Of a stretch of DNA of 64,000 bases, positions 11,305 through 21,661 are shown in pieces. Position 1 is the stretch's first letter. Each line of letters opens with the position of its first letter. Under the pieces are notes generated by a model, which had not been told where the DNA came from, did no database searches, and was given only the letters and a program-made list of their open reading frames with translations. This DNA is from Nitrospirales bacterium (GTDB lineage Bacteria > Nitrospirota > Nitrospiria > Nitrospirales > UBA8639): positions 896,001 through 960,000 of the forward strand of contig OY729426.1 in the NCBI GenBank assembly GCA_963422365.1. Reading direction: 5' to 3'. Both the position numbers and the translations under genes were made by a program.

Positions 11305-12207
11305 ATGAGTGGCCGGTTTCGGCCTGGGGTGTTTTGGGGTTCTGGCGTGAGGCAGATCAGCGTGGTCGTCTTCGCGCTTGCCTTTGTCGTGTTCGCTCTC
11401 CTCCCTCGGCAAGCTCAATTTCTCCTTCACAAGATAGGCCAGCCTTTTGCCGACATCGTCGCCATTCCCATTGAAGGGATGGCGATGATTGATCGGGGTA
11501 TACGTGAGTGGTGGATGCAGTATCTTGCCCTCCAAGGCGTCTCAGAACAAAACCGTGAGCTTCGGAAAAAGGTTCAGCAACTCAAAGGTGAATTGAATCA
11601 ATTACGAGAACAGGCGCTAGCTGCAGAACGGTTAGCCGGTTTATTGGAATTTCAAAAGCAAGAATCGATCCAGATGGTGGTGGCAAGGGTTATTGGCCGA
11701 ACTCTGTCGAATTGGTATCAAGGCGTGATTCTGAATAAAGGTGAAGATGACGGCATTCGAGTCGAAATGGGTGTCATCACGCCGACCGGGGTGGTGGGGC
11801 AAATCGTTAGAACCGCAGGGTCCACGAGTATTGCCTTGTTGATGATCGACCCGAACGTTGCCGTCACGGGAGTAGTCCAACGAACGCGGGATGAAGGGAT
11901 TGTTCAGGGAACATCGCAAGGTCTTGTGCGCATGAAATATATCCCTCCGCTTTCCTCAGTCAAAAAAGGCGATGCCGTGATCACGTCAGGGCTGACGGGA
12001 GGATTTCCTCGAGGTGTGTTGATTGGGGAAGTGTCACGTGTTGAAGAAAGTGAAGACGGGTTGTTTCAAACCGCCGAAATCGTCCCCGCGGTGCAGTCTC
12101 GACAATTGGACGAAGTGTTGATCGTCCTTTCTCCTCGATCACCAGACGCCATGATTTCCCTTGATCCAGCTTTGGTTGCCCTAAGGCACCAGAATCCAAC
12201 TCCATGA
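11305..12207 (+). CDS. mreC: Rod shape-determining protein MreC
   Basis: TM plus coiled coil, ILNKG..DGI, GVVGQI, ITSGLTGGFPRG. Operon position after mreB. Confidence 0.93.
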   Translation: MSGRFRPGVFWGSGVRQISVVVFALAFVVFALLPRQAQFLLHKIGQPFADIVAIPIEGMAMIDRGIREWWMQYLALQGVSEQNRELRKKVQQLKGELNQLREQALAAERLAGLLEFQKQESIQMVVARVIGRTLSNWYQGVILNKGEDDGIRVEMGVITPTGVVGQIVRTAGSTSIALLMIDPNVAVTGVVQRTRDEGIVQGTSQGLVRMKYIPPLSSVKKGDAVITSGLTGGFPRGVLIGEVSRVEESEDGLFQTAEIVPAVQSRQLDEVLIVLSPRSPDAMISLDPALVALRHQNPTP

Positions 12208-12692
12208 AGATCAGTGCTTATACGGTGTGTGTTCTGTTCCTTTTTCCCTTGCAGGCCACCTTGTTATCTTCTTTGAGTCCCCTTGGACTCCGGCCGGATC
12301 TCTGTCTCGTCACCGCCTGTTTAGTGGGATTTTGGACGGGACGGGTTCAAGGATTGATTGTTGGGTTCTGCCTAGGGTTTGTACAAGATTTATTTTCTGC
12401 CAGTATGCTTTGGCTGAATACGTTCACAAAAGCCGGGGTGGGAGTCTTAGCCGGCGTCTTTGCGCAAAATTTATCCAATAGGGCATCCTATGCCGCCTTT
12501 TTGCCGATCATGGCGTGTTCCCTTCTTGCGGCAATCGTGTTTTTGCTGTCGTCACGTATGGGAATGGGCCTAGGAGAGGTGCTCTATGGGTTTTCCGCTA
12601 TCTTACTTCCTCAAGCCATCTTGGATGGACTTGTGGCCATCGTGGCCAATTGCGTCATTGTGAGGTGGATGGTCGAAGCTCAAAGTGCGTGA
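12204..12692 (+). CDS. mreD: Rod shape-determining protein MreD
   Basis: Hydrophobic protein with RPDL and GFCLGFVQD motifs. ATGA overlap with mreC. Confidence 0.85.
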   Translation: MKISAYTVCVLFLFPLQATLLSSLSPLGLRPDLCLVTACLVGFWTGRVQGLIVGFCLGFVQDLFSASMLWLNTFTKAGVGVLAGVFAQNLSNRASYAAFLPIMACSLLAAIVFLLSSRMGMGLGEVLYGFSAILLPQAILDGLVAIVANCVIVRWMVEAQSA

Positions 12693-12728
12693 AGGATGTC
12701 TTGGGCTTCATCATGGTGATCGCTGTCG

Positions 12729-14621
12729 GTGAAGGACGCAATGCTTGATCCTGGTCTCCAATCAACTGAATTACCGGAAATCCAACGACGATTACTTTTT
12801 ATCAAAATAGGGGTGTTGATTGTCGTGGGGCTGTTGGTCGTGCGGTTATGGCAACTTCAAGTTCGTGATGGGGCTCACTATCGAAATCTCTCTCATGATA
12901 ATCGCACCCGATCTGTCTTGTTACATCCGGTTCGCGGACTCATTTATGACCGGAATGGGATCGTGCTGGCGAATAGTGTCCCGAGTTTCAACTTGTATGT
13001 CCAACTGAACGATGTGCCAAACCGTGAAGCCCTGATTGGAACACTCATCGAGTTCTTGTCGTTGGACGAGCGTGAGCTGAACAAAAAAATTCAGGCCAAG
13101 GGAAGGAGCACGCTCGTCTGCCTTCAGGAAGACCTCAGTCTCAAAGAAGCGGCCATTGTCGAATCGCATCGGTTAGATCTGCCCGGTGTGGTGATTCGTC
13201 CAGAATTTCAGCGAAACAATCCTCAAGGACCTTATGCCGCCCATGTACTTGGCTATGTTGGGGTCGTCTCAGAGGAGCAACTCGCACGGGAAGCGTTTCA
13301 AGGACTTTCACTAGGCAGCATCATAGGCCAGTATGGCGTGGAACGGATCTATGATAAGTCGTTGCGAGGCCGGGCAGGGAGAAAGCTCATCGAAGTCGAT
13401 GCCTTGGGTCATGAGAAGCGCATGATTTCCGTGGACAAACCTCAAGCGGGCAACGATGTGCATCTCACGATTGACTTTCGTTTGCAAAAATTGGCGGAAG
13501 ATTTGTTGGGAGAAGAAGCCGGCGCGATTGCTGCCTTAAATCCTCAAACGGGAGAAATGCTGGCCTTGGCGAGTCGCCCAGGTTTTGATCCCAATGCCTT
13601 ATCCCGTGGGTTACGTTCCAATGAATGGAACAAAATTCTTCAGGATACACGCTATCCTCTGATGAATCGAGCGATTCAAGGGCAGTATCCACCAGGTTCC
13701 ACGTTTAAAATCATTCTCGCGACAGCTGCCCTTGAGACCAATGCGATTGACCTCACCGAGACGCTTCATTGTGGTGGAGGGTTTCAATTGGGGAAACGAA
13801 CCTTTCGGGATTGGAAAGCGGATGGTCATGGCGCGGTCAATTTACATAAGGCGATGGCCAACTCGTGCGATGTGTACTTTTATCGCTTAGGCTATCGCAT
13901 GGGGATGGAGACGATTGCGGCCTATGCGACACAATTTGGGTTAGGAGCGCGAACGGGGATTGACCTCCCTTCCGAAGAGACAGGGATCCTCCCGTCCCCG
14001 GAATGGAAACGGCAAACACGGGGGGAACCCTGGTACCCGGGTGAAACCGTTTCCGCGTCGATCGGGCAAGGCTATGTCACGGTCACACCGCTTCAAATGG
14101 CGAAAGTGATTGCCACGATTGGCAATAATGGGATTCCGTCTCAACCGTATTTAGTTCGTGGAGTACGGCGGCGAGAGAGCGAATGGATTGAGCAGTGGAC
14201 TCCGACGCAAGACCCCCCCTTGACGCTCCAACCGCATCAACTGCAAGGTATCCAAACGGCTCTTGCCGCGGTGGTTACCGAAGGGACGGCACAACAGGCT
14301 CGATCTTCGATGGTCAGGATTGCGGGGAAAACAGGGACGGCGCAGGTGGTCTCATTACGCCCAGACTCTAAAGAAGACATTCCCAAGAAATTTCGAGACC
14401 ATGCCTGGTTTGTCGCCTATGCGCCCTTAGAAAATCCCCGCATTGCCGTGGCGGTGTTGCTTGAGCATATGGGCCACGGTGGGTCTGCGGCAGCCCCCCT
14501 GGCAAAAGAACTGATTGAGGCCTATGTGTCATATGGGGTTGATGGGGAGAACAAGATACAGGCTTCTCGTGCGTTGCCTTCCCACAAGATACCGAAAAAG
14601 AGGAAGCGGTTGCATGGGTGA
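12729..14621 (+). CDS. mrdA: Penicillin-binding protein 2
   Basis: RGLIYDRNG, PGSTFK (SxxK), SCD (SxD), KTGT. Confidence 0.95.
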   Translation: MKDAMLDPGLQSTELPEIQRRLLFIKIGVLIVVGLLVVRLWQLQVRDGAHYRNLSHDNRTRSVLLHPVRGLIYDRNGIVLANSVPSFNLYVQLNDVPNREALIGTLIEFLSLDERELNKKIQAKGRSTLVCLQEDLSLKEAAIVESHRLDLPGVVIRPEFQRNNPQGPYAAHVLGYVGVVSEEQLAREAFQGLSLGSIIGQYGVERIYDKSLRGRAGRKLIEVDALGHEKRMISVDKPQAGNDVHLTIDFRLQKLAEDLLGEEAGAIAALNPQTGEMLALASRPGFDPNALSRGLRSNEWNKILQDTRYPLMNRAIQGQYPPGSTFKIILATAALETNAIDLTETLHCGGGFQLGKRTFRDWKADGHGAVNLHKAMANSCDVYFYRLGYRMGMETIAAYATQFGLGARTGIDLPSEETGILPSPEWKRQTRGEPWYPGETVSASIGQGYVTVTPLQMAKVIATIGNNGIPSQPYLVRGVRRRESEWIEQWTPTQDPPLTLQPHQLQGIQTALAAVVTEGTAQQARSSMVRIAGKTGTAQVVSLRPDSKEDIPKKFRDHAWFVAYAPLENPRIAVAVLLEHMGHGGSAAAPLAKELIEAYVSYGVDGENKIQASRALPSHKIPKKRKRLHG

Positions 14622-15735
14622 ACCGTGGAGCCGCAGTCGAGGGTTAGACGGGTTTGATTGGTGTTTTTGCGGTATCATCCTCGCACTGGCATCCATTGGG
14701 ATCTTGACCATTTATAGCGTGACGGCAGAGGGTGCAGTGGGTCGGTTTCCTGTTTATGTGAAACAGGTGATATGGGTCGGTGTGGGAAGTTTGGCCTTTC
14801 TGGTGGTGTCGAGCATTGATTACCATCAATTAGCTCGATGGTCGTATCTGCTGTACGCATTGGCGTTGCTTCTCCTCGTGGTCGTTCTCTTCAGCGGGAA
14901 GAGCAGTCGCGGTGCCCAACGATGGATGTCCTTGGGGCCCATAGCGTTTCAGCCTTCAGAATTTGCGAAAATTCCGATTCTCTTAGTCTTGGCCGTCTAT
15001 TATTCCACCCAAACTCGGCGGGGTTGGTGGTATCGGGTTATCGTGCCGGCATTGATCACCTTGCCGGGGTTTTTCTTGATTCTGAAGCAACCGGATTTGG
15101 GGAGCAGTCTCAGCGTTCTGTCGATTTATGTCATCTTGCTTTTTGCTGTAGGCGTCAAGTCTAAAACTTGGGGGTTGGTACTCTTGTCGGCGTTGATGCT
15201 TTTCCCCTTTGCCTGGAGTGAATTATGGGGGTTTCTTCATGACTATCAAAAGGAACGGATCTTAAGTTTTGTGGATCCTGAATATGATCCAGCCGGAAAA
15301 GGCTACCAAGGGCTGCAATCTCGCATTGCCGTGGGCTCAGGGGAATTAATAGGAAAAGGGTTCCATGGTGGGACGCAAACGCAATTTAAATTTCTTCCGG
15401 AAGGCCACACCGATTTTATCTTTGCGGTCTTGGCCGAGGAATGGGGATTTTGGGGTGGCGTGTTTTTCATCAGCCTCTTTCTCGCGCTGTTGTTATTGGG
15501 GCTGGAGATTGCGGCGAAGGCCAAAGATATGCTGGGCGCCCTGTTGGCCGTTGGGCTTGTGGGCATGTTGGCATTTAATATGGTTGTCAATGTAGGTATG
15601 ACCATTGGTCTGACACCCATCGTCGGCATTCCTTTGCCATTACTCAGTTATGGGGGGAGTGCGACTATTATGACGATGGCAGCGTTGGGACTGCTGTTCA
15701 GTGTGAGGAGAAAAGGGCTGACGTTAGTGGCGTGA
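14614..15735 (+). CDS. rodA: Rod shape-determining protein RodA (SEDS family)
   Basis: GAQRW, FQPSEFAK, QPDLG, PEGHTDFIF, LPLLSYGGS. ATG at 14614 overlaps the end of mrdA. Confidence 0.95.
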   Translation: MGEPWSRSRGLDGFDWCFCGIILALASIGILTIYSVTAEGAVGRFPVYVKQVIWVGVGSLAFLVVSSIDYHQLARWSYLLYALALLLLVVVLFSGKSSRGAQRWMSLGPIAFQPSEFAKIPILLVLAVYYSTQTRRGWWYRVIVPALITLPGFFLILKQPDLGSSLSVLSIYVILLFAVGVKSKTWGLVLLSALMLFPFAWSELWGFLHDYQKERILSFVDPEYDPAGKGYQGLQSRIAVGSGELIGKGFHGGTQTQFKFLPEGHTDFIFAVLAEEWGFWGGVFFISLFLALLLLGLEIAAKAKDMLGALLAVGLVGMLAFNMVVNVGMTIGLTPIVGIPLPLLSYGGSATIMTMAALGLLFSVRRKGLTLVA

Positions 15736-15906
15736 GTCGTCGTTCACACGGGTTCGCTCCCTGCCCTGTACCAGCATTGACAGTTTGACGCAACGTATAA
15801 TCCATGTCACGTTTTTCGGTAGATGACCCTGGGCGCGGCGGGCTATGGAGAGAGATTCCCCACTGAGTCGCACGCGTCTTGGTTGAGGAAATAAAGGAGT
15901 GTCTGT

Positions 15907-17436
15907 ATGGGTATTGAGATTGCCATCAATAGCAACTCTCAAGAAACGCGCGTGGCGGTTCTGGAGAATAAGGTTGTCACAGAATTATACGTGGATCGAG
16001 CAAAGAAAAAGGATTTTGTGGGCAACGTGTATAAAGGCAAAGTCGTGAAAGTGCTACCCGGTATGCAAGCCGCGTTTGTTGATATTGGGCTGGGGCGTGC
16101 CGCGTTTATGCATGTGTCGGATCTGTCGGTGGGCACCGAACCCGGCGATATCTTGGTCGACAGTGACGAAGATGAGAAGGGACCAGAATTCCCGCGTCCT
16201 CGACGGCAAACGGTCCTGCCCATTCAAGAATTGTTAGAAGAAGACCAAGAACTCATCGTGCAAATTTCCAAAGGCCCGATTGGTACCAAAGGCCCGCGAG
16301 TCACCTCTTATTGTTCCTTGCCAGGACGGTTTTTGGTGTTCATGCCGAACGTCGATCATATTGGGATCTCACGACGTATTGCCGAGGACGATGAGCGCAG
16401 TCGTCTCAAAGACATCATGAAACGCATTCGTGAGCCGGGCTATGGATACATTGTGCGGACGGTGAGCGAGGGGGTGAGCGAGGAAGATCTCAAATCGGAT
16501 GTCGGGTTTTTAACCGCGATGTGGCAAGATATTTTAAAGAAGCAAGATTCCTATCCTGCTCCTGCCGCCTTGCATACTGATTTGGACCTGACGCTTCGGG
16601 TGGTGCGAGATTTATTTACCAAAAACGTCAGGAGGCTGTTTATCGATTCGAAAGAAGCATGTGAAACGGTCAAAGAGTTTGTTCGGCGGTATCTTCCTGG
16701 CCAAACCTCTCGAATTTTTCATTACGATAAGGACGAGAGTTTGTTTGATCATTTAGGGATTGAGATGGAAATCTCTCGAGCCTTGAGTCGAAAAGTATGG
16801 CTCAAGTCTGGCGGCCATATCGTTATTGATTATGCGGAAGCCATGACGGTGGTAGACGTCAACACGGGGCGTTACGTTGGAAAGCGTGATCAAGAAGAGA
16901 CGATCTTGAAAAACAACTTGGAAGCGGCTCGCGAGATTGCCTACCAGATTAAACTTCGCGGAATAGGGGGAATTATTATTATTGATTTTATTGATATGGA
17001 ACGAGGACGGAATCGCGACAAAGTCTATCAAGTCCTCGTGGACGCGATGGCCAGTGATAAAGCGAGAACGCGTATTTCTCGTATCAGCGATCTAGGGTTG
17101 GTCGAAATTTCTCGGGAACGCGTTCGGGAAGACTTACTCCGGACGCTCTCAGATATTTGTTCTGATTGTGATGGCCGTGGCTATACAAGATCCGCTCTCA
17201 CGGTGGTGTACGATATTTTTCGGGATATCCGGCGGATCGGACGAGCAGCCGGACAGCAAACCGTAGTGGTCGGGGCTCATCCTCATATCGTGGATATGCT
17301 GCAAGATACGGAGCCTGAAACTCTTGAGCGACTCCAACGGGAATTTCATTACCAGATTGTTGTGAATGCTGATCCCCTGCTCTCTCTTGAACAGTATGAT
17401 ATTGTGGTGTTAGGAGAAGGTGCGGGGGTGGTCTAG
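15907..17436 (+). CDS. rng: Ribonuclease G (Rne/Rng family)
   Basis: GNVYKGKV..VLPGMQAAFVDIG S1 domain, VDVNTG, GGIIIIDFIDM, Zn-link C..C.GRG. Confidence 0.93.
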   Translation: MGIEIAINSNSQETRVAVLENKVVTELYVDRAKKKDFVGNVYKGKVVKVLPGMQAAFVDIGLGRAAFMHVSDLSVGTEPGDILVDSDEDEKGPEFPRPRRQTVLPIQELLEEDQELIVQISKGPIGTKGPRVTSYCSLPGRFLVFMPNVDHIGISRRIAEDDERSRLKDIMKRIREPGYGYIVRTVSEGVSEEDLKSDVGFLTAMWQDILKKQDSYPAPAALHTDLDLTLRVVRDLFTKNVRRLFIDSKEACETVKEFVRRYLPGQTSRIFHYDKDESLFDHLGIEMEISRALSRKVWLKSGGHIVIDYAEAMTVVDVNTGRYVGKRDQEETILKNNLEAAREIAYQIKLRGIGGIIIIDFIDMERGRNRDKVYQVLVDAMASDKARTRISRISDLGLVEISRERVREDLLRTLSDICSDCDGRGYTRSALTVVYDIFRDIRRIGRAAGQQTVVVGAHPHIVDMLQDTEPETLERLQREFHYQIVVNADPLLSLEQYDIVVLGEGAGVV

Positions 17437-17534
17437 CCGGCTGGGGTACATCCCAACTCCGTCGCGTGTGCCGGTCTTCGAGAACCTCGCTCAGGCGAAG
17501 GGTTGGCTAGCCCTGTGTTCAAGACCGATGAACA

Positions 17535-18662
17535 ATGGAATCGCTAGAAGCGTGGCTGATCTTACGGTCAGTTAAAGGATTAAGTGACGGGACCATCTGT
17601 GCCCTCATTCGGTATTTTGGCGGGCCGAAGGAAGTTCTGTCGGCTTCCGCGGGTGAGTTACGACAAGTGGCAGGGCTTCGCTCGTCTGTGGTGACCTCCT
17701 TACGAAAGGAACCTGATCCAAGCGTTGTTGCGCACGTTCGCAAAGAAATGCGGCTGATCGAAAAGGGAGAGAGTTCGATTGTCACGATTTTGGATGTGAC
17801 CTATCCCAGTCGGCTGGCGATGATCCCTGATCCACCGCCTCTGTTGTATGTTCGCGGCACCCTTCCCTCGTGTGACGATCATGCGGTCGCGATTGTGGGG
17901 TCGAGAAAAGCGACGCCATCGGGGATTCTCATGACACAGGAGCTCAGTCACAGTTTAGCCGCTATGGGGTTTACGATTGTGAGTGGACTGGCGAGGGGAA
18001 TTGACGCGGCCGCCCATCGAGGCGCGCTGACGGCCAAGGCCAAGACGGTTGCCGTAGTCGGGTGTGGAGTGGATCGAACCTATCCGCCCGAACATCAACA
18101 ATTACGGAATGAGATTGAAGTCAATGGCGCCGTGGTGTCGGAATTGCCGCTTGGATCCCCGCCGCTGCCGTATCATTTCCCTCGCCGAAATCGGATTATC
18201 AGCGGATTGTCGTTAGGCGTGATCGTCTCGGAAGCCAGTCAGAAAAGTGGGGCGCTTCTCACGGCACGATTTGCGCTCGAGCAGAACCGTGAGGTCTTTG
18301 CCATCCCGGGTGCCGTCAACAATGGGAAACATCAAGGGGCTCATGGACTCATTAAACAAGGGGCCAAACTTGTTGAAGAGGCGCGCGACATCGTTGAAGA
18401 ATTGCTCCCCCAACTTGACGGATCCTTTCGCGATCAAGTAAAGAATGCCGGTTTTCAGGAGACGGCCTCTCCGGTCTTCACCACCAAGGAGCAGCAGGTG
18501 CTGGCTTTTTTTCATGATGATCCGGTATCGATCGATGAGGTGTTGACGCAAGCGCCTTTTGCTCTTGCCGAGGTCATGAGTCTCTTGTTAAGCCTGGAAT
18601 TACGAGGGCACATTCAACAGGTGCCCGGTTCCTGTTATATCAGGAGGTCAGGTCAGGGATAG
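17535..18662 (+). CDS. dprA: DNA-processing protein DprA
   Basis: AIVGSRKAT, VSGLARGIDAAAH, FPRRNRIISGLS, C-terminal winged helix LLSLELRG. Confidence 0.95.
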   Translation: MESLEAWLILRSVKGLSDGTICALIRYFGGPKEVLSASAGELRQVAGLRSSVVTSLRKEPDPSVVAHVRKEMRLIEKGESSIVTILDVTYPSRLAMIPDPPPLLYVRGTLPSCDDHAVAIVGSRKATPSGILMTQELSHSLAAMGFTIVSGLARGIDAAAHRGALTAKAKTVAVVGCGVDRTYPPEHQQLRNEIEVNGAVVSELPLGSPPLPYHFPRRNRIISGLSLGVIVSEASQKSGALLTARFALEQNREVFAIPGAVNNGKHQGAHGLIKQGAKLVEEARDIVEELLPQLDGSFRDQVKNAGFQETASPVFTTKEQQVLAFFHDDPVSIDEVLTQAPFALAEVMSLLLSLELRGHIQQVPGSCYIRRSGQG

Positions 18663-18869
18663 CAGGCTCGTCGCGGAACGGCGTCGTACAGCGGTCAAGA
18701 ATTCCGGAAACGTGTTGGTCTGACCACCACCACCACCCGAGAGATCGTGAACACAGGGTGACGGCGTTGGACCAGGATGAAACCGATCTCGATCATGTAA
18801 GTGTGTGAAGATGAGGATGTTATACGGCTACACAGGGCTACAGGATTTGACTGAAGACTGGGTATTTTT

Positions 18870-21542
18870 TTGACGATGCCTTCCCATACATCCACTGACG
18901 CGACGCCCAAGAAGAAGACGGCTCGCCCGCGCCTCGCCGAAGGAGCGGGCAAGATCTTGGTCATCACCGAGAAGCCCTCAGTGGCCCGTGACATCACCAA
19001 AGCGCTCGGTGGGTTTCAGAACAAGAAAAACTTCTTCGAGGGGCCGCGCCACATCGTGACTTCGGCGGTCGGTCACATGCTCGAACTGGTCGCGCCAGCA
19101 GGTGTTGAAGTCGAGCGTGGCAAGTGGTCGCTCGCCAACCTCCCTGTCATCCCCGATCAATTCGACCTGAAACCGATCCAGAAGAATGAATCGCAACTCA
19201 ACCTGATCAAGAAACTCTACGCGCGTAAGGATATTGACAGAGTCATCAACGCCTGCGACGCCGGGCGAGAAGGTGAGTTGATCTTCCATTACCTGATTCG
19301 CCATTTCAAGGGCTCAAAGCCGGTGCAGCGCCTGTGGTTGCAATCCATGACCCCGCAGGCGATCCGCGACGGCTTTGAGAGGCTTCGCGACGGCGATAAA
19401 TTGTTGCCATTACAGCGTGCCGCCGTGTGTCGCTCGGAGTCAGACTGGCTCATCGGGATCAACGCCACCAGGGCCATGACTGCGCTGAATTCGAGCGGCG
19501 GCGGCTTTTCACTGACCACGGTCGGTCGGGTGCAAACCCCTACGCTCGCGCTTCTTGTAGACCGTGAGAAAGAGATCAAGCGCTTCGAGCCGCGTGATTA
19601 TTGGGAGGTCAAGGCTGCCTTCGCGATCGCCTCCGGCCGGTACGAAGGGTCCTGGGTTGATCCGCAGCTGCAAGCTCAGGCGAAGCGGGGTGCCACACAA
19701 GGTGCGGCAAAGGATCAGCATGGCACTGTGAAGCCGGAGCGTATCTGGGACAAGGCCCGGGCCGAGGCCCTCGTCGCGAAATGTGCGAATCGGGAGGGCC
19801 GTGTTTCCGAAACCACGAAGCCATCGAGCCAGCAGGCACCGATGCTGTTTGACCTGACCTCGCTCCAGCGTGAAGCGAACCGGCGTTTTGGTTTCTCGGC
19901 AAAATCCACGCTCAGCATCGCGCAGGCGCTGTATGAGCGGCACAAGGTCCTGACCTACCCCCGCACCGATTCGCGGACGTTACCCGAGGATTACCCGGAT
20001 ACGGTCAGAGAGATCATACAGTCACTGGTCGCAGCTAACACCGGCACCATGCCGGACATCGAGGGCGACAGACCGATCAGCCACTGGGCCGAACAGGCAC
20101 TCCAAAAACATTACATCAATGGCAAAAACAAGCGCATCTTCAACAACGCTCAGGTATCCGATCACTTTGCTATCATTCCAACAGGGGAGGGGCCAAGCAA
20201 ACTGAAAGAACAGGAACGTCGCATCTATGAATTGGTCACTCGTTCTTTCATCGCAGCGTTCTACCCCGCGGCCCGCTTTGAAAGCACGTTGCGCCGCACC
20301 GTCGTCGAAGACCAGACCTTTGAGACCCGTGGCCGGGTGCTGATCGAGAGCGGCTGGTTGCAGGTGATGGGGCGCAAGGAAAGCAACGAGACGTTACCGC
20401 CGCTCGCGGGCGCCGCCAAGGACGGCTCCGAAAAGGCCAAGACGGTCGAAATCGAAATGGAGGGCAAGCAAACCAAGTCGCCACCGCGCTACAACGAGGC
20501 GACCCTGTTGTCTGCGATGGAAGGCGCGGGCAAACTGATGGAGGACCATGAGTTGCGCGAAGCGATGCAGGGTCGTGGTCTCGGCACGCCCGCGACGCGC
20601 GCTTCGATCATTGAGGAATTGATCCGCAACCGCTACATCCTGCGCGATGCCCGTGAATTGATCCCGACGGCCAAGGCCACGACGTTGCTCAGGTTGTTGC
20701 GCGCCCTCAAGATTGACGAATTGACCACGGCCGAATTGACCGGCGACTGGGAAAAGAAACTGAAGCAGATCGAAATCGACCAGTTCTCCTCCGATGAGTT
20801 TATGCGTCACATTCGCAGGATGACCTTGGATATTGTCGGTGCCGCGCGGCATTGTGACGTTGACCGGATTGACGATGAATACGCCATGCTCGAGGTGGCG
20901 TGTCCCAAGTGCGGCAAGGGCAAGGTGCGAGAGAACTATCGCAAGTTTGTTTGCGAGGCGTGTGATTTCTCGATTTGGAAATCCATCGCCGGGCGGGAGT
21001 TGTCATCCAATGAGGTGACCATCCTGTTGCGTGACCGGCGCCTTGGCCCGTTGAACGGTTTCCGCAGCCGCCTCGGTCGAGAATTTACCGCGGAGTTGAT
21101 CGTCAGGGACGATTTCACCGTGGCCTTTGATTTTGGCGAGACCACCGAGGATGATGATGTTGATCCGCAGAATTGCGACCAACTCGGTCCCTGTCCCAAG
21201 TGTGGCGCGCAGGTGATTGATACGCCGAAACGATACGTCTGTAGCAACGGGCTGAGGGATGAATCGCCCTGCGATTTCAAAATTGGTCGGCAGATCCTGA
21301 ATCGCCCCATCGATGCCGGTGAAGTGCGGCAACTATTGTGTACGGGCAAGACCGATCTCCTGCAGGGCTTCGTGTCGAAGAAGAACAAACGCAGGTTCGC
21401 GGCCCATCTCACGATCGACCTGTCCGATGGCTCCGGTAAATTCGGGTTTGAGTTCGCGCTGCGCAAGAACGAAGTGGATGGCGGCGGCAAGAACAAGGGT
21501 TTCAGTCACAAGAAAGCCACTCGGCAACGCCTCCGCGTCTGA
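18870..21542 (+). CDS. topB: DNA topoisomerase III (type IA) with C-terminal Zn-ribbon and Toprim_Crpt-like repeats
   Basis: EKPSVARDI, NACDAGREGELIF, VGRVQTPTL, catalytic LTYPRTDSR, GLGTPATRA. C-terminal repeats LNGFRSRLGREFTA and LLQGFVSKKNKRRFAA are typical of TopB. Confidence 0.88.
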   Translation: MTMPSHTSTDATPKKKTARPRLAEGAGKILVITEKPSVARDITKALGGFQNKKNFFEGPRHIVTSAVGHMLELVAPAGVEVERGKWSLANLPVIPDQFDLKPIQKNESQLNLIKKLYARKDIDRVINACDAGREGELIFHYLIRHFKGSKPVQRLWLQSMTPQAIRDGFERLRDGDKLLPLQRAAVCRSESDWLIGINATRAMTALNSSGGGFSLTTVGRVQTPTLALLVDREKEIKRFEPRDYWEVKAAFAIASGRYEGSWVDPQLQAQAKRGATQGAAKDQHGTVKPERIWDKARAEALVAKCANREGRVSETTKPSSQQAPMLFDLTSLQREANRRFGFSAKSTLSIAQALYERHKVLTYPRTDSRTLPEDYPDTVREIIQSLVAANTGTMPDIEGDRPISHWAEQALQKHYINGKNKRIFNNAQVSDHFAIIPTGEGPSKLKEQERRIYELVTRSFIAAFYPAARFESTLRRTVVEDQTFETRGRVLIESGWLQVMGRKESNETLPPLAGAAKDGSEKAKTVEIEMEGKQTKSPPRYNEATLLSAMEGAGKLMEDHELREAMQGRGLGTPATRASIIEELIRNRYILRDARELIPTAKATTLLRLLRALKIDELTTAELTGDWEKKLKQIEIDQFSSDEFMRHIRRMTLDIVGAARHCDVDRIDDEYAMLEVACPKCGKGKVRENYRKFVCEACDFSIWKSIAGRELSSNEVTILLRDRRLGPLNGFRSRLGREFTAELIVRDDFTVAFDFGETTEDDDVDPQNCDQLGPCPKCGAQVIDTPKRYVCSNGLRDESPCDFKIGRQILNRPIDAGEVRQLLCTGKTDLLQGFVSKKNKRRFAAHLTIDLSDGSGKFGFEFALRKNEVDGGGKNKGFSHKKATRQRLRV

Positions 21543-21661
21543 CAAAAAGATGGATCCAGGGCCGCTCAGTCGCAAAGTTGGTGTGCCTCATGGGGGGCTT
21601 TGTCGCTTCTCGGTCGTTGTTTCGACCATCTCAGTGATCAGGATGGCTCCTGATCCACTCG

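Noticed and set aside
15777..15801. TTGACA...TATAAT promoter before rng
   Set aside because: The spacer is only 13 bp, so the pairing is not supported, although the -10 may be real.
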